DNA of 57,339 nucleotides from Pseudomonadota bacterium. GTDB taxonomy: Bacteria; Pseudomonadota; Gammaproteobacteria; Burkholderiales; Burkholderiaceae_B. The stretch is from NCBI GenBank assembly GCA_023422555.1, contig JAFAGQ010000205.1, positions 1 through 57,339 on the forward strand, read 5' to 3'. Below the pieces are notes generated by a model, which made no database searches, was not told the DNA's origin, and saw nothing but the letters and a program-made list of their open reading frames with translations. The translations under genes were made by a program, and so were the position numbers. Below, one piece after another: positions 45,851-55,907 of the stretch (position 1 is its first letter; the number at the start of each line of letters is the position of its first letter).

Positions 45851-48800
45851 ATGGCTACTTACAATACGGGCAACCCGGTGCCCAGCGCACATCCGCTTGA
45901 TCTTTATGATAACTCTGAAGTCCTAGACGAGTTCGCTAACTCCACAAGTCACACACAAACGAACCGATTGGGAGTTGAAGAAAAGACGCTTGCTGGTATT
46001 AGGGCCGAATCTGCCGCAGGAACCTACACCGTAGGCACTCTGACCGAGCTTAACGCCATTGTCCCGCCAACAGGAACAAAGCCTGCAGGGCGCGTGACTA
46101 CCGGTGCTGACGCCGGCCTGTACCTCTGGTCTGGATCGGCATGGGTTAAGACGGTTGATCCCTTGACAAACTTCGACGCCCTGACCATCAACAAAGACAA
46201 AGACTACCCCATGAAAGCCGTCTCCCGTGGCGGCACAGCTCCCAGCGACGTTCATCCTGTGTGGAATGCGGGCCTTGTGGGCGCTCGTATTGAGGACGTA
46301 GAGGCTGATACCGCGTATCGTATGGCCTATTACGGCAATGGCAACGGTGGTAACTACGGCGTCACCGTCTACAAAATGCCGATGTCCGATCTTACCGCGC
46401 AAACGCTGGTGGTCACATCGACAGCTTCACCGGCATTCCAATTTGACCGCGCCGCCGGCGGTATTCAGATGCGCACGGCGATTATTGCCGAGAGCATCCG
46501 CCTGACGCTGGTGGTCGATGTGGATCAGCTACCACCCGATGGTACGTTTGTCACGTCTCTGAACCCGACGCACAACGGGTACAACAGCATCATCGATCCG
46601 TCTTGCTATTTCCTGAAAGCCAATCTGTCTGAAAACGCGCTGTCGATCAATGCAAACAAGGATTATCCGCTTGTTGCGGTCGCTCGCGGTGGTACGGCGC
46701 CGCAGAACATCAATCCCAGCCTCAGGGCATGTCTGGTGGGTGCGGATGTCCTGGAAGCGCGCAATGACTATTTCTACCGCATTGGTTACTACGGCAACGG
46801 CGTTCTTGTCAGTGGCGTCGCCAACTACGGCGTGAGCATCTACCGCATCCCAAAAGATCGGCTGGCTGAAGGTTATGAGCAGGTCATCACGTCCTACCTG
46901 ACCAGCCCGGCACTTGTCCCTGATCGCGTCAAGGGTGGCATTCAAACCTTCGAATTTGCATGTGTAGACGATCCCCAGACGCGTATGAAAATCTCCTTCG
47001 ACGTAGACAAACTGCCTCCCGATGGAACGCAGATCAATGCATCTTCCGCTACCAATAACGGATTCAACAGCATCATAGATCCGTCCTGCTACACCATGGG
47101 CGACTACAGTGAATGGATCGAGGGTGATTTATTGATTGATTGGAACGCTGACACGAAAAAGCTGATCCTGGCCTATAAATCCGGTTCCAAGTGGTACAAC
47201 GTTCGCTATCAGCGCAAGTCTGTTAACCAAACGTTCACGATTCTGGGCTTTGGCTTTGATGATGCGTACAAGAACGTCCTGAACAACATCTTCCCTGTTC
47301 AGAACACGCCGCTCACGTCCCGGACAGAAGCGGACAGTGACTTCATTGGACCGATGATATTTACCCGCGTCACTGGTGGCGATGCGGGCGCGCCGACGAA
47401 TCTTTATACCGGCGGCTCACACGGCACGGAAAACACTGCAGGTGATCCCACTTCTGAAATGAAGCTGCTGGAAATCTACGTAGATGGCACCCGTCTGGAT
47501 CAAACGCGCAATATTCATAAGACCTGCAAATTCGTCGATATTCTGACTCAGCAGGATGTGCAGGCATCGAACACCACCATCAGCAAAACGCCAGCGGCAG
47601 AAGAGTACGTATCATTCAACATCAGCCCCAAAGGAGTGTTTGTCCATAAGATACTGAAGGCATTGTATGACCTGCAGTTCACCGCTGATAACGCTTGTCA
47701 GTGCTACATGGCAGGCATGGCAAGCGGTGCATCGTATCTGCTTTGGGGGGCGAGTCAGGCTGCGCGCGCGAACATTGTAGAGGGTACGCCGATCAGTTCA
47801 GGCCCCAAATCGTCTTATCCGGAAGTGTATGGCGTATCCATTAAGCACGCTGTCGCCGGGGAATTCAACTCCTGGGTTGATCCATTCTTCGGCGTGGGTG
47901 ATCGCGCCTCTACTGAGGCAAGCAAACCACTCTATGAAAGTCCGGACGGCAGCGGAAAAATCTACCCGCGCCTGTTCTCGTCCGCTCAGCCGTTTTCACT
48001 CAAAGCTGGCGACTCCTATGAATGGCGAGGCGGATTCTATTGGGGCATGCCAACAAATACGGCGAATTTTGATACGGTGCAGCAGGTTCAGGACGGTGTG
48101 CTGACGGTTAAGCCGAACGGGAAGTACGAAGTTCGCAATGATGCGCGCACGACCCGGAAGTACGTTGATGAACGGATTGAACTAGCGGATGCGGACGTAT
48201 TGAGCGAAGCAAATTCCTATACCGACGATTCGGTCGCGGTGGTGAACAGCACCATCAGCAATCTTGAAAAATACGGCGTTGAAAACCCGCTGCTGATCTA
48301 TGAGGCAGGTGCAACGTCAGGTGTTTCTGTCTTTAATTACGCGGCGACAGAAGAAAATGGCTTGATCGTTCTGACGTCAACGGGTACCGCAGGCACGGGT
48401 AGGCTGTCTACGTCTAGACCCAGAGGCCTGAGCCCCCTGGGCATGGTATTTAGATTCACGATTAAGAAAGTCTCAGGTAAGGTGCCCGATTACGTGTTGT
48501 CTGTAACCGGCACACTTAATTCAACGCCGAGCCTATACGGAGCTGGGCGTCGTGTGGATTCACCCGAGTTTGTCACTTACGAGGTGGACATATCGACTCG
48601 TGCAGATGGATCTGCGTGGACAGAAGGTGAGACGATATATCTGGTGAACATCGCTCTGTCATCAATAGAAGAAGGCGACACGAGCTCCGTTTACCACTTG
48701 GGATTCATTTCCTATGGATACCGGGACACTCCTTACCCTGTACGGTATCCCGACTACGAAAGCAGTGATACCCCTACACCCACTCCTGACCCGGTGATTG

Positions 48801-50416
48801 GTAGCACAGCCACACAAGACAGAGCGCCTTTGGTTTCGTTTGATGACCCAGGCGGATACTTTGTTCTCGATGAAAACGGCAACGAAATCGCTGGGCCAAA
48901 TGCGATAGCGGCGCTCGTCAACAGGATCGACGCAATATCACCCGGAGGTGGCGCAGGATCGGTTCCCCAAAATCCTGTCTACATCGACGACGGCGTTGTC
49001 AAGATAGTCACTGAAAGCGGCGAAGAAACGTTCATGGATTTGACGCCTCACCAATTTCAGGGCAGTGTCCAGTGGAATGGGAAATACGCGCTGACCGCAT
49101 TGAACCGCGCCACCATTGGTGCCATAACACCTGTTGCGTTGTCTACAGGTGAAGACTGGATCGGGACAAAATTGGTTTTGCCTTGCGGCACGAAACTCAT
49201 GATCGTCATTATCAGTTTTGGGCAATCCAACTCTGTTGGCGCGCAAGGCAATGAGCCACCTGCTGTTTTGAAAAACAATCTTTACCCTGAAAATTTACTG
49301 ATGTGCGATGGGCCTGTGAGTCTTGACGTAAGGTTCAACCTGCCGTCAGGATCAGAAGCTGTTGGGGCTGAAACTGAGCTTGACCCCGATACGATCACGC
49401 ACTTTAAGCCGCTTGTGTCTATGCGCAATCCATCTCTCACGTCTCAAGGCGCGACGATGATGGAAAGTATGGCGTATACCTTTGGGGATGCCGTATTCAA
49501 AGCCACAGGGTTGAAGCCGAAAATCGTTGTGGCAGCGGCTGGATGGGGCGGTAGGTTTCAGTCTCAACTGGCAAAAGGCTCCATCCCCTACAACAATTTC
49601 ATGACGGCCCTCACAAAGATCAAAGAACTGGCCGAAGCGGACGGTTATAAGGTCTTTGTCCCGTGCGTTCCCATCATACACGGTGAGTCTGACAGTACTA
49701 GAACGTCCTATCTTGATTCCATCAAAACATGGCAAAGTGATTTCAGTGCTGATATCAAGGCGATCACGGGCCAGCTTGCGGATGTTCCGTTCCTGTGCAC
49801 TCAGGCCAGTACGTTCTCAGGTGAGGCGGTCAATGGTGTCTTGGCACCGTGGCTTGCAGCGCAAGAGTTTCCGGGGCGATTCTTTGTGTCCGCGCCATAT
49901 TACTCCTATTCGCTGGTGAATGATCTGCTGCACTTAGGCCCAAGCTCTCCGATAGTCGGGGAAAAAATGGGACACACAATCGCCAGGATTTCTGGTTTGT
50001 TCGGGGAGCATAATTTAGGGCATTTACAGCCTGTCAATATTACCTACGACGGTGATCGCACGATTGACGTGGAGTTTTATGTGCCTACCCCGCCACTTGT
50101 GAGAGACACGACAGACACCGTAGTTAACAGCCCGGCCCCAGAAAACTGGGGCTTTGTTATAAGGGATGGCAGTTCAGCAGAAGTTCCTATTTCTTCGGTA
50201 TCCCTCTTGAACGCAACAACTGTGCGGATCGTCACGGCGTCCTCTCCTGCTGCCGGTGCGTCTCGGTCCGTTGATTATGCTTTGAGCGGGTTTCCAACCC
50301 CGAAAGAAAGGGGCTATCAGGCCAGGGGCCAGCTCAGAGACAGTACAGCCGTTCAATCAATCATCACGGATCAGCCGCTGTACGACTGGTGCGTTCACTT
50401 TAGGAAATCATTCTGA
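45851..50416 (+). CDS. Multidomain tail fibre/spike with a tandem repeat and C-terminal SGNH esterase
   Basis: MATYNTGNPVPS...DLYDN attachment domain; duplicated ~150-aa module; GQSNS, HGESD and DLLH SGNH blocks. Confidence 0.9.
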   Translation: MATYNTGNPVPSAHPLDLYDNSEVLDEFANSTSHTQTNRLGVEEKTLAGIRAESAAGTYTVGTLTELNAIVPPTGTKPAGRVTTGADAGLYLWSGSAWVKTVDPLTNFDALTINKDKDYPMKAVSRGGTAPSDVHPVWNAGLVGARIEDVEADTAYRMAYYGNGNGGNYGVTVYKMPMSDLTAQTLVVTSTASPAFQFDRAAGGIQMRTAIIAESIRLTLVVDVDQLPPDGTFVTSLNPTHNGYNSIIDPSCYFLKANLSENALSINANKDYPLVAVARGGTAPQNINPSLRACLVGADVLEARNDYFYRIGYYGNGVLVSGVANYGVSIYRIPKDRLAEGYEQVITSYLTSPALVPDRVKGGIQTFEFACVDDPQTRMKISFDVDKLPPDGTQINASSATNNGFNSIIDPSCYTMGDYSEWIEGDLLIDWNADTKKLILAYKSGSKWYNVRYQRKSVNQTFTILGFGFDDAYKNVLNNIFPVQNTPLTSRTEADSDFIGPMIFTRVTGGDAGAPTNLYTGGSHGTENTAGDPTSEMKLLEIYVDGTRLDQTRNIHKTCKFVDILTQQDVQASNTTISKTPAAEEYVSFNISPKGVFVHKILKALYDLQFTADNACQCYMAGMASGASYLLWGASQAARANIVEGTPISSGPKSSYPEVYGVSIKHAVAGEFNSWVDPFFGVGDRASTEASKPLYESPDGSGKIYPRLFSSAQPFSLKAGDSYEWRGGFYWGMPTNTANFDTVQQVQDGVLTVKPNGKYEVRNDARTTRKYVDERIELADADVLSEANSYTDDSVAVVNSTISNLEKYGVENPLLIYEAGATSGVSVFNYAATEENGLIVLTSTGTAGTGRLSTSRPRGLSPLGMVFRFTIKKVSGKVPDYVLSVTGTLNSTPSLYGAGRRVDSPEFVTYEVDISTRADGSAWTEGETIYLVNIALSSIEEGDTSSVYHLGFISYGYRDTPYPVRYPDYESSDTPTPTPDPVIGSTATQDRAPLVSFDDPGGYFVLDENGNEIAGPNAIAALVNRIDAISPGGGAGSVPQNPVYIDDGVVKIVTESGEETFMDLTPHQFQGSVQWNGKYALTALNRATIGAITPVALSTGEDWIGTKLVLPCGTKLMIVIISFGQSNSVGAQGNEPPAVLKNNLYPENLLMCDGPVSLDVRFNLPSGSEAVGAETELDPDTITHFKPLVSMRNPSLTSQGATMMESMAYTFGDAVFKATGLKPKIVVAAAGWGGRFQSQLAKGSIPYNNFMTALTKIKELAEADGYKVFVPCVPIIHGESDSTRTSYLDSIKTWQSDFSADIKAITGQLADVPFLCTQASTFSGEAVNGVLAPWLAAQEFPGRFFVSAPYYSYSLVNDLLHLGPSSPIVGEKMGHTIARISGLFGEHNLGHLQPVNITYDGDRTIDVEFYVPTPPLVRDTTDTVVNSPAPENWGFVIRDGSSAEVPISSVSLLNATTVRIVTASSPAAGASRSVDYALSGFPTPKERGYQARGQLRDSTAVQSIITDQPLYDWCVHFRKSF

Positions 50417-51216
50417 TGCGCTACGTAAAGAAAATCCCCTTCTCATATCCAGAACTCGCGGATTTGGTTGGCGTGCAGCCGCTTCCGACTGAATTGGAAA
50501 GCCTCATCGCAAACCTCTCTAAACCGGACGGCTCGCCCTTGGTCAGAGAGTGGTTTCAGCCCGGGAGTCAATATTATGGGCGTCGCGTGTCAGGAGAAGC
50601 CGCATGGCGAGACATCGCAAGCGGGCGAATGAGATACCTTGACACCGGCGTTGAAATTGTTACGAGTGCTGGAATCAATGGCCAGCCGACAATTACGATG
50701 GATGGGTATAGAATTTTTCTGCCGGAACCTGATGCGACCATAAACCAAGAGGCCGGGACCTTCATGTTTGTTTTTCAGCATGATGGTGTATCAACGGGGA
50801 ACCGGTTTCTTATGGGGCCATCCAGTGGAACCGCAACCGCTACAGCAGCGCCATCAATATATGTGACCTCTACCGGTTTAGCCACGCGCGTTGGAGGTGG
50901 AGCGGGGTTTCAGCACAATGCGACGGATTATCTGAACAATATTCCGAAGCTCATCAGCGTAACGCTATCAGCCACGAAAGGAACCTCCATCAGACGAAAT
51001 GGCGTAGAGGTCGTCAGAGACACAACGAGAACATTGCCTCTTATTTCCGGCCTGGTGTACTTATTCGGAGCGTCAGGCGGCGCTGGTACATTCAAGGGGT
51101 ACGCTGGCCACGCTCTCATCTTTGATGATGATATGTCCAAATCTGAATACATCGCATCGCTTGAAAAAATTGAGCAAGGTTATCTGACGGCCTACGGCAT
51201 CACGCCTGGGGCCTGA
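50416..51216 (+). CDS. LamG/concanavalin-like beta-sandwich protein associated with the fibre
   Basis: Coupled to the fibre gene; INGQPTI...TFMFVF...RRNG...FKGYAGHALIFD, YLTAYGI end. Confidence 0.7.
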   Translation: MRYVKKIPFSYPELADLVGVQPLPTELESLIANLSKPDGSPLVREWFQPGSQYYGRRVSGEAAWRDIASGRMRYLDTGVEIVTSAGINGQPTITMDGYRIFLPEPDATINQEAGTFMFVFQHDGVSTGNRFLMGPSSGTATATAAPSIYVTSTGLATRVGGGAGFQHNATDYLNNIPKLISVTLSATKGTSIRRNGVEVVRDTTRTLPLISGLVYLFGASGGAGTFKGYAGHALIFDDDMSKSEYIASLEKIEQGYLTAYGITPGA

Positions 51217-51406
51217 TGCCAGACGTACGACAGGTTTGCCCGCTTCGGCGGGTATTTTTTCGTCCGTGAAATGAAAACGCCCCTGGATGAATTGGGCAGG
51301 GGCGGCAATCGGCTGCACACCCTCTGACAGCTGCGAAATCGAATTGCGGATTGATTATATACACATTTACCCCGGCTTCGGTCGGGGTTTTCTTTTGGAG
51401 CCATGA

Positions 51407-51778
51407 TTGGATGACCTAATAAAGACCCTAACGTCGCTCGGTATCGGCGGCGGGACCATCGCGATCATAGTGCTTGTGGTTAAGTTCGTTCTGCCGGACG
51501 TGTTCGCTGCCATCAAAGCGCGAGTAACGAACAGCAATGCGGAAACCAAAATGATTACGGTGCTGTTGGCAGATATCGACGGCTACCGGCGCAGAGAGGC
51601 TGATTTTCGGGCGGCACTTGATTCTCTGCCTCTGATACGGGCGCAGTTGGAAAGCGCCAATGAAAAGATTGAGGCCGCCAATCGAAAAATCGCCGAGCAG
51701 TCAGAATTGATCAAGATGCAGTCGGAGCAAATACGCGAGCTGACCGCGGAGATTCACCAACTAAAGGGGCATCGGTAA
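51407..51778 (+). CDS. Membrane-anchored coiled-coil protein (lysis region)
   Basis: N-terminal TM, long heptad C-terminus; TTG start with GGAG RBS. Confidence 0.7.
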   Translation: MDDLIKTLTSLGIGGGTIAIIVLVVKFVLPDVFAAIKARVTNSNAETKMITVLLADIDGYRRREADFRAALDSLPLIRAQLESANEKIEAANRKIAEQSELIKMQSEQIRELTAEIHQLKGHR

Positions 51779-52293
51779 TGCTTAAAAAATATCTTTCACA
51801 TACGCAGCAAGCCGTGCTTCAGGTGGTGGCAATTGCGCTACTTGGCTTCATGCTCGCTGCTGGTCCCGGTTTGCTGTACCACATCTGGGATTCATCCGAA
51901 ATCGTCCGGACCAAGGATGAAGCGTATGGCCGCCAGATTGATCGTATTGTCGGAGAGAAAAACGCCGAGATCCAAAATAGAGAAAAACAAATCGACAAGC
52001 TTAATGCACGGAATGAGCAACTCGCGACCATCATAGAACATCGCTTGCCGCTTATTGTCGATCAGGCGGCGGAGAACGTCGAAAAGCTTGATCGGTTATC
52101 AGGGCAGGTGGATTCGGCAGTAACTCAGTCCAAACGGGCGGCAGCGACCGCCAGCCGTGCTGCGTCCCAAGCCGGCCAAGCGGTAAAGAAAGCAAAAGAG
52201 CCGGTCGGTTCGATCCGGATTAAACAGCAACCCGTATGGAGAGAGCCGAAATGCTATATGGGCCGTGACCTATACGGCGATCCCTGCAAGTGA
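51778..52293 (+). CDS. Membrane-anchored coiled-coil protein (lysis region)
   Basis: TM, coiled coil, C-terminal Cys pair. Confidence 0.7.
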   Translation: MLKKYLSHTQQAVLQVVAIALLGFMLAAGPGLLYHIWDSSEIVRTKDEAYGRQIDRIVGEKNAEIQNREKQIDKLNARNEQLATIIEHRLPLIVDQAAENVEKLDRLSGQVDSAVTQSKRAAATASRAASQAGQAVKKAKEPVGSIRIKQQPVWREPKCYMGRDLYGDPCK

Positions 52294-52300
52294 GGAATAA

Positions 52301-52510
52301 ATGAAACTGATAACCAACTGGCGCCAAACGTGGCGCTTTTTTTCTGTGTGGGCGATGGGCGCTGCAGGTAGCGTACAGACGGCATGGCTGGCGATTCCGG
52401 AAGAGATGAAGGCCAGAATACCCGACGATTGGGTGAACGTCATCACGCTGGCTTTGCTGGTTTTGGGTGTGGCTGGAAGGATGGTGAGGCAAGATGATAA
52501 GCAAGGCTGA
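52301..52510 (+). CDS. Holin
   Basis: 69 aa with two TMs, MKLITNWR start, directly upstream of the endolysin. Confidence 0.8.
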   Translation: MKLITNWRQTWRFFSVWAMGAAGSVQTAWLAIPEEMKARIPDDWVNVITLALLVLGVAGRMVRQDDKQG

Positions 52511-53105
52511 ATTCAAACAGGCGACCGGCCTATCTGACGCGCTGGCCGATAAGTGGTATTTCCCGATCACGCAGGCGGTCTCAGAATATGTGCCGTATAC
52601 GCCCATGGTCATGGCGCACATCATCGCCCAGCTTGGCCATGAGTCCGCAGGCTTTACGCGGCTGGAAGAAAACCTGAACTATTCGGCGGAGCGACTGCGG
52701 GAGGTGTTCAAGAAGTATTTCACCCCGGCGCTGGCCGAACAATACGCCCGCAAGCCGATGGCGATCGCAAACCGAGTCTATGCAAACCGGCTGGGCAATG
52801 GCTCGGAGGCGTCAGGCGATGGCTGGGCATTTCGTGGGTCGGGGCTGATTCAGCTTACCGGCAAAACAAATCACTATACGGCGGCCACGGCGCTGGGGAT
52901 TGGACTGGATCGGTTCTCTGATCTGGTGCGCTCTGATCCGGATACGGCGGCCAGGGCTTCGATCTGGTGGCTTTGGAAGAATGGCGTTATTGCGCTGATG
53001 GTGGCAGATGACGTTACGGGTGCGACGCAGCGTATCAACGGTGGGCTGAACGGGCTGGACGACCGTAAGGCCCGGCTGGCCAAAGCCAAGGGAGTATTGC
53101 TATGA
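52494..53105 (+). CDS. GH19 endolysin
   Basis: AQLGHESAG, EENLNYS, RGSGLIQLTGKTN and INGGLNGLDDR motifs. Confidence 0.95.
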   Translation: MISKAEFKQATGLSDALADKWYFPITQAVSEYVPYTPMVMAHIIAQLGHESAGFTRLEENLNYSAERLREVFKKYFTPALAEQYARKPMAIANRVYANRLGNGSEASGDGWAFRGSGLIQLTGKTNHYTAATALGIGLDRFSDLVRSDPDTAARASIWWLWKNGVIALMVADDVTGATQRINGGLNGLDDRKARLAKAKGVLL

Positions 53106-53350
53106 CGGAATTATTCGGAAAAGTGTGGGGATGGATCGCCGGCGCCGCTGCGCTTATTCTGGCTGCGGCTGGCTTTTATCTGCGTGGCAGGTCTACGGGA
53201 AGGGCGGATGAACGGCAGGAAAGGGAAACGGCCGTATCGAAGCAACAGGCCGACGCACAACAAACCAAGCAAGAGGTGAATGATGAGGTGGCTCAAATGG
53301 ATGATGTTGCCGTGCGCGAGCGTGCTACTCGCTGGGTGCGGAACAAGTAG
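53102..53350 (+). CDS. i-spanin (Rz-like)
   Basis: N-terminal TM then helical region; follows the endolysin. Confidence 0.75.
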   Translation: MTELFGKVWGWIAGAAALILAAAGFYLRGRSTGRADERQERETAVSKQQADAQQTKQEVNDEVAQMDDVAVRERATRWVRNK

Positions 53351-53492
53351 GCAGGCTGTCGGTCTGGAATATTGCCAGATCGCTGAGTCTATCTACTGGA
53401 CAGACAACAAGGAACTGGAAGCAACACCCACACCTGTCGTCGGGCAGATCGTGCGGGAAAATGAGAAGTGGAGTAGGCTATGCGTTCAATAG
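53280..53492 (+). CDS. o-spanin (Rz1-like lipoprotein)
   Basis: Lipobox LLAGC; overlaps the i-spanin 3' end in another frame. Confidence 0.78.
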   Translation: MMRWLKWMMLPCASVLLAGCGTSRQAVGLEYCQIAESIYWTDNKELEATPTPVVGQIVRENEKWSRLCVQ

Positions 53493-53502
53493 GGGGTATG
53501 CA

Positions 53503-53697
53503 ATGATCGTCGAAGTGAAAGGCGTCGCGTTAACAATACTTAGAGCTGGAGCCCAATCATTAGGAACATTGCTGCTTGTGTGGTTCTTTGACTCCGCCGG
53601 GCCTATAGAAAAATGGGCATGGACACATTATGTGTGTGCAGTGTTTAGCGTGTTTCAATATATAAAATTTTTAATTTTTACCCACAATTGGCGGTAG
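53503..53697 (+). CDS. Possible small membrane protein
   Basis: GGGGG RBS-like sequence and two hydrophobic stretches. Confidence 0.35.
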   Translation: MIVEVKGVALTILRAGAQSLGTLLLVWFFDSAGPIEKWAWTHYVCAVFSVFQYIKFLIFTHNWR

Positions 53698-53699
53698 GA

Positions 53700-54668
53700 T
53701 CAGAATGTCATTTTTGTAAAGGTTGTAAAAGCACCTGATTCGTCAAATTTTGGATCTTCATGAGTAACCGTTACCGGAGGAAAATCAATGTCTGATTGCA
53801 ATTCCGCATTGACTGGTAGACTGTGAACATATCCGAGTCCTTGAAGACCTGGATGTTGTTCTACCTTCGGCGATTTCGTGAAGAAAAATTTTATACCGCC
53901 ATATGCTAATGCGATTGTACTTGAAAGGTCAAATCTGTCATTGGCTACGGCTGTGCCAAAAGCAGTTATCGCCGCAATATCCAACCCATTGAAGACGCGA
54001 ACGAAAGTCCCGTCTTTCCATTTTTCGCGAGATGATTTTGTGAGATCTGCAAGGGCCGACTCGAGTCGTGTTAATTCGGCGAATTTTGCCATAGGAATAT
54101 CATTGGATGAACAGATTCTCAAGTACATGTCATCAAGTGTTTGCCGAAGTGCAGTTATCTCGTCCTGGCGAGTCAACTTATATTCTAAAATTTCATGTAT
54201 AGGGACATTGCCGGTAGGTGTCGGAAGAGCGTCATACAGTTCAAACTGTATGCTTCGTTCTATCGGTCGAACTAGCGAATCTTCGTCGGTATTCCCTCCA
54301 GACCGGCTTATAGACCATTTACCTGGCTCATGCTGCTCAAGCAAAGTAAATGCCGAATTAAGCAAAACTTGATATTGGTTCGGAGGAGATAAATGTTCAA
54401 ATCCATGCAATCTGCCAGGCATCTGCCAATTTGTCTGAGACATATCAAACTGCACCTCTTGCCCAAATAATATATCTTGACCTTTTAGCGCTTCGAGAGC
54501 ATCTGCAGGAAACATAGGAGGAATATGAAATGCGCGATTTTGCGGTAAGAATATCCTGTCCCAGTAAGTCAGATAGAAAGACAAATCAGATCGACGTACG
54601 CCCAATTCTGCGGTCGTGACTCCGCTTTTGTAGGAGAACCTCGGCATTACTACAATCCCTCTAGACAT
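53700..54668 (-). CDS. Low-GC moron, DUF6236-like hypothetical protein
   Basis: YLTYWDRIFLP and VPIHEILEYKLTRQDEITALR segments; AAGGAG RBS. Confidence 0.7.
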   Translation of the reverse strand: MSRGIVVMPRFSYKSGVTTAELGVRRSDLSFYLTYWDRIFLPQNRAFHIPPMFPADALEALKGQDILFGQEVQFDMSQTNWQMPGRLHGFEHLSPPNQYQVLLNSAFTLLEQHEPGKWSISRSGGNTDEDSLVRPIERSIQFELYDALPTPTGNVPIHEILEYKLTRQDEITALRQTLDDMYLRICSSNDIPMAKFAELTRLESALADLTKSSREKWKDGTFVRVFNGLDIAAITAFGTAVANDRFDLSSTIALAYGGIKFFFTKSPKVEQHPGLQGLGYVHSLPVNAELQSDIDFPPVTVTHEDPKFDESGAFTTFTKMTF

Positions 54669-54796
54669 CGCTCACTCCTTAATTTACTTATGTTTGTTAA
54701 TCGGAATTCTAAGTCAGCCGCAGTGACATCTGCTTATGTGTTTTTTGCCTTTGGAGTAATGCGGCGGCTAAATACAGTGGAAACCAGGAACTCGAA

Positions 54797-55270
54797 CTAA
54801 CCTCGGGGCGCTTCATTAAAGCTAGAGCTGCAGAATTGAATTCGCTCTGGATTATTGGATTTGGTCTGATTGGGAAGAAGTTCATAAGTGACAGAACCAG
54901 CGCTCTCGAATCCTTCATTTAGGGCCGCTTCTTGGACCCGGGCAATCGCCTTCTGTAAGATGTCATCGAGTCTTCCTTCAGCGATCAGTGTTGAATTCAA
55001 TTGGTTTCTCAAAAAATCTGCGAGCCGGATTTTTTCAGAATAATTTAATATGCATTTTTGAGCTTTGGATTCCCATTCCACTCGAATGTCGGTCGTTAAG
55101 CCTCGCAACGTCGTGTGATCTGTCACTTTTAGATCCCCCACTAAATTGCCATATTCATCTGAAACTCTATATACGGTGATTTCAGTTTGGCCCATAGATC
55201 CTTTGCTCGTCGAAAGTTTGATCTCTGAAGTCCAGTTTGGCTGCATATAGCTACGCGCGTCAGGATGCAT
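54797..55270 (-). CDS. Low-GC moron hypothetical protein (start possibly 55246)
   Basis: Long ORF in an AT-rich block, same strand as neighbours. Confidence 0.55.
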   Translation of the reverse strand: MHPDARSYMQPNWTSEIKLSTSKGSMGQTEITVYRVSDEYGNLVGDLKVTDHTTLRGLTTDIRVEWESKAQKCILNYSEKIRLADFLRNQLNSTLIAEGRLDDILQKAIARVQEAALNEGFESAGSVTYELLPNQTKSNNPERIQFCSSSFNEAPRG

Positions 55271-55494
55271 TTTTGTTTCGCCTTGTTAATAAATGTAGCT
55301 ATTTTAGCGAATCACCTGAGCCGCTGTTCCGAAATTTGGTTTTCCCACTTTTTTCGCCACTTCATAACACCAAAAATCACCAGTTCGCGCAATTTGGCAA
55401 ACTTTTGGGTGGTGCGGTAAATAACAACGGCGCTATTTTACTTTGCTGGCCGTTATGGGAAATAACATATCAGGAACCCTCCGGACCAGACACC

Positions 55495-55863
55495 TCACCG
55501 CCCCTCCTTCCTCACCCCATCCAGCACTTTCACATTCTCCAAAAAGCGTTTTTCGTCATGCGTCTGCAGCATCCGCTCCTTGTTAGCCACCCTGCGCGGA
55601 TCCTCCGGCAGTCCGTAGATACGCATTTCAGTCGCAAGAATCCTGCGCATTTGGTTCATGCCCACGGTGTAGCCGCCAATCTCTTCCTGCCAGACAGTAC
55701 GCATGCTTTCGAAGTCTGAATTTATCGTACGCACCACCTGGCGTAGGCGGGCTATCTCTTTCAGTAATATATGAACGGTCGGATTGCGGACAGCTGCCCG
55801 GTTGATTTCGTGTATTTCTATCAGGGCGCTGTTTTCAAGCGGGGGAATTTCGTCGAGTTTCAT
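55495..55863 (-). CDS. Hypothetical protein downstream of the integrase
   Basis: GAGGAG RBS; LLKEIARLR helix. Confidence 0.7.
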   Translation of the reverse strand: MKLDEIPPLENSALIEIHEINRAAVRNPTVHILLKEIARLRQVVRTINSDFESMRTVWQEEIGGYTVGMNQMRRILATEMRIYGLPEDPRRVANKERMLQTHDEKRFLENVKVLDGVRKEGR

Positions 55864-55907
55864 ATCTGCTCCTCAAGGTGGGCAGATTAGGGGCCTAGGC
55901 GGGTATT

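Noticed and set aside
45851..51216. Diversity-generating retroelement or invertible tail-fibre system
   Set aside because: No reverse transcriptase or invertase in the window; the fibre repeats are diverged at protein level, not adenine-specific TR/VR pairs.
55864..55907. LexA box upstream of the gene after int
   Set aside because: No CTGT-N8-ACAG match seen; only a short hairpin.
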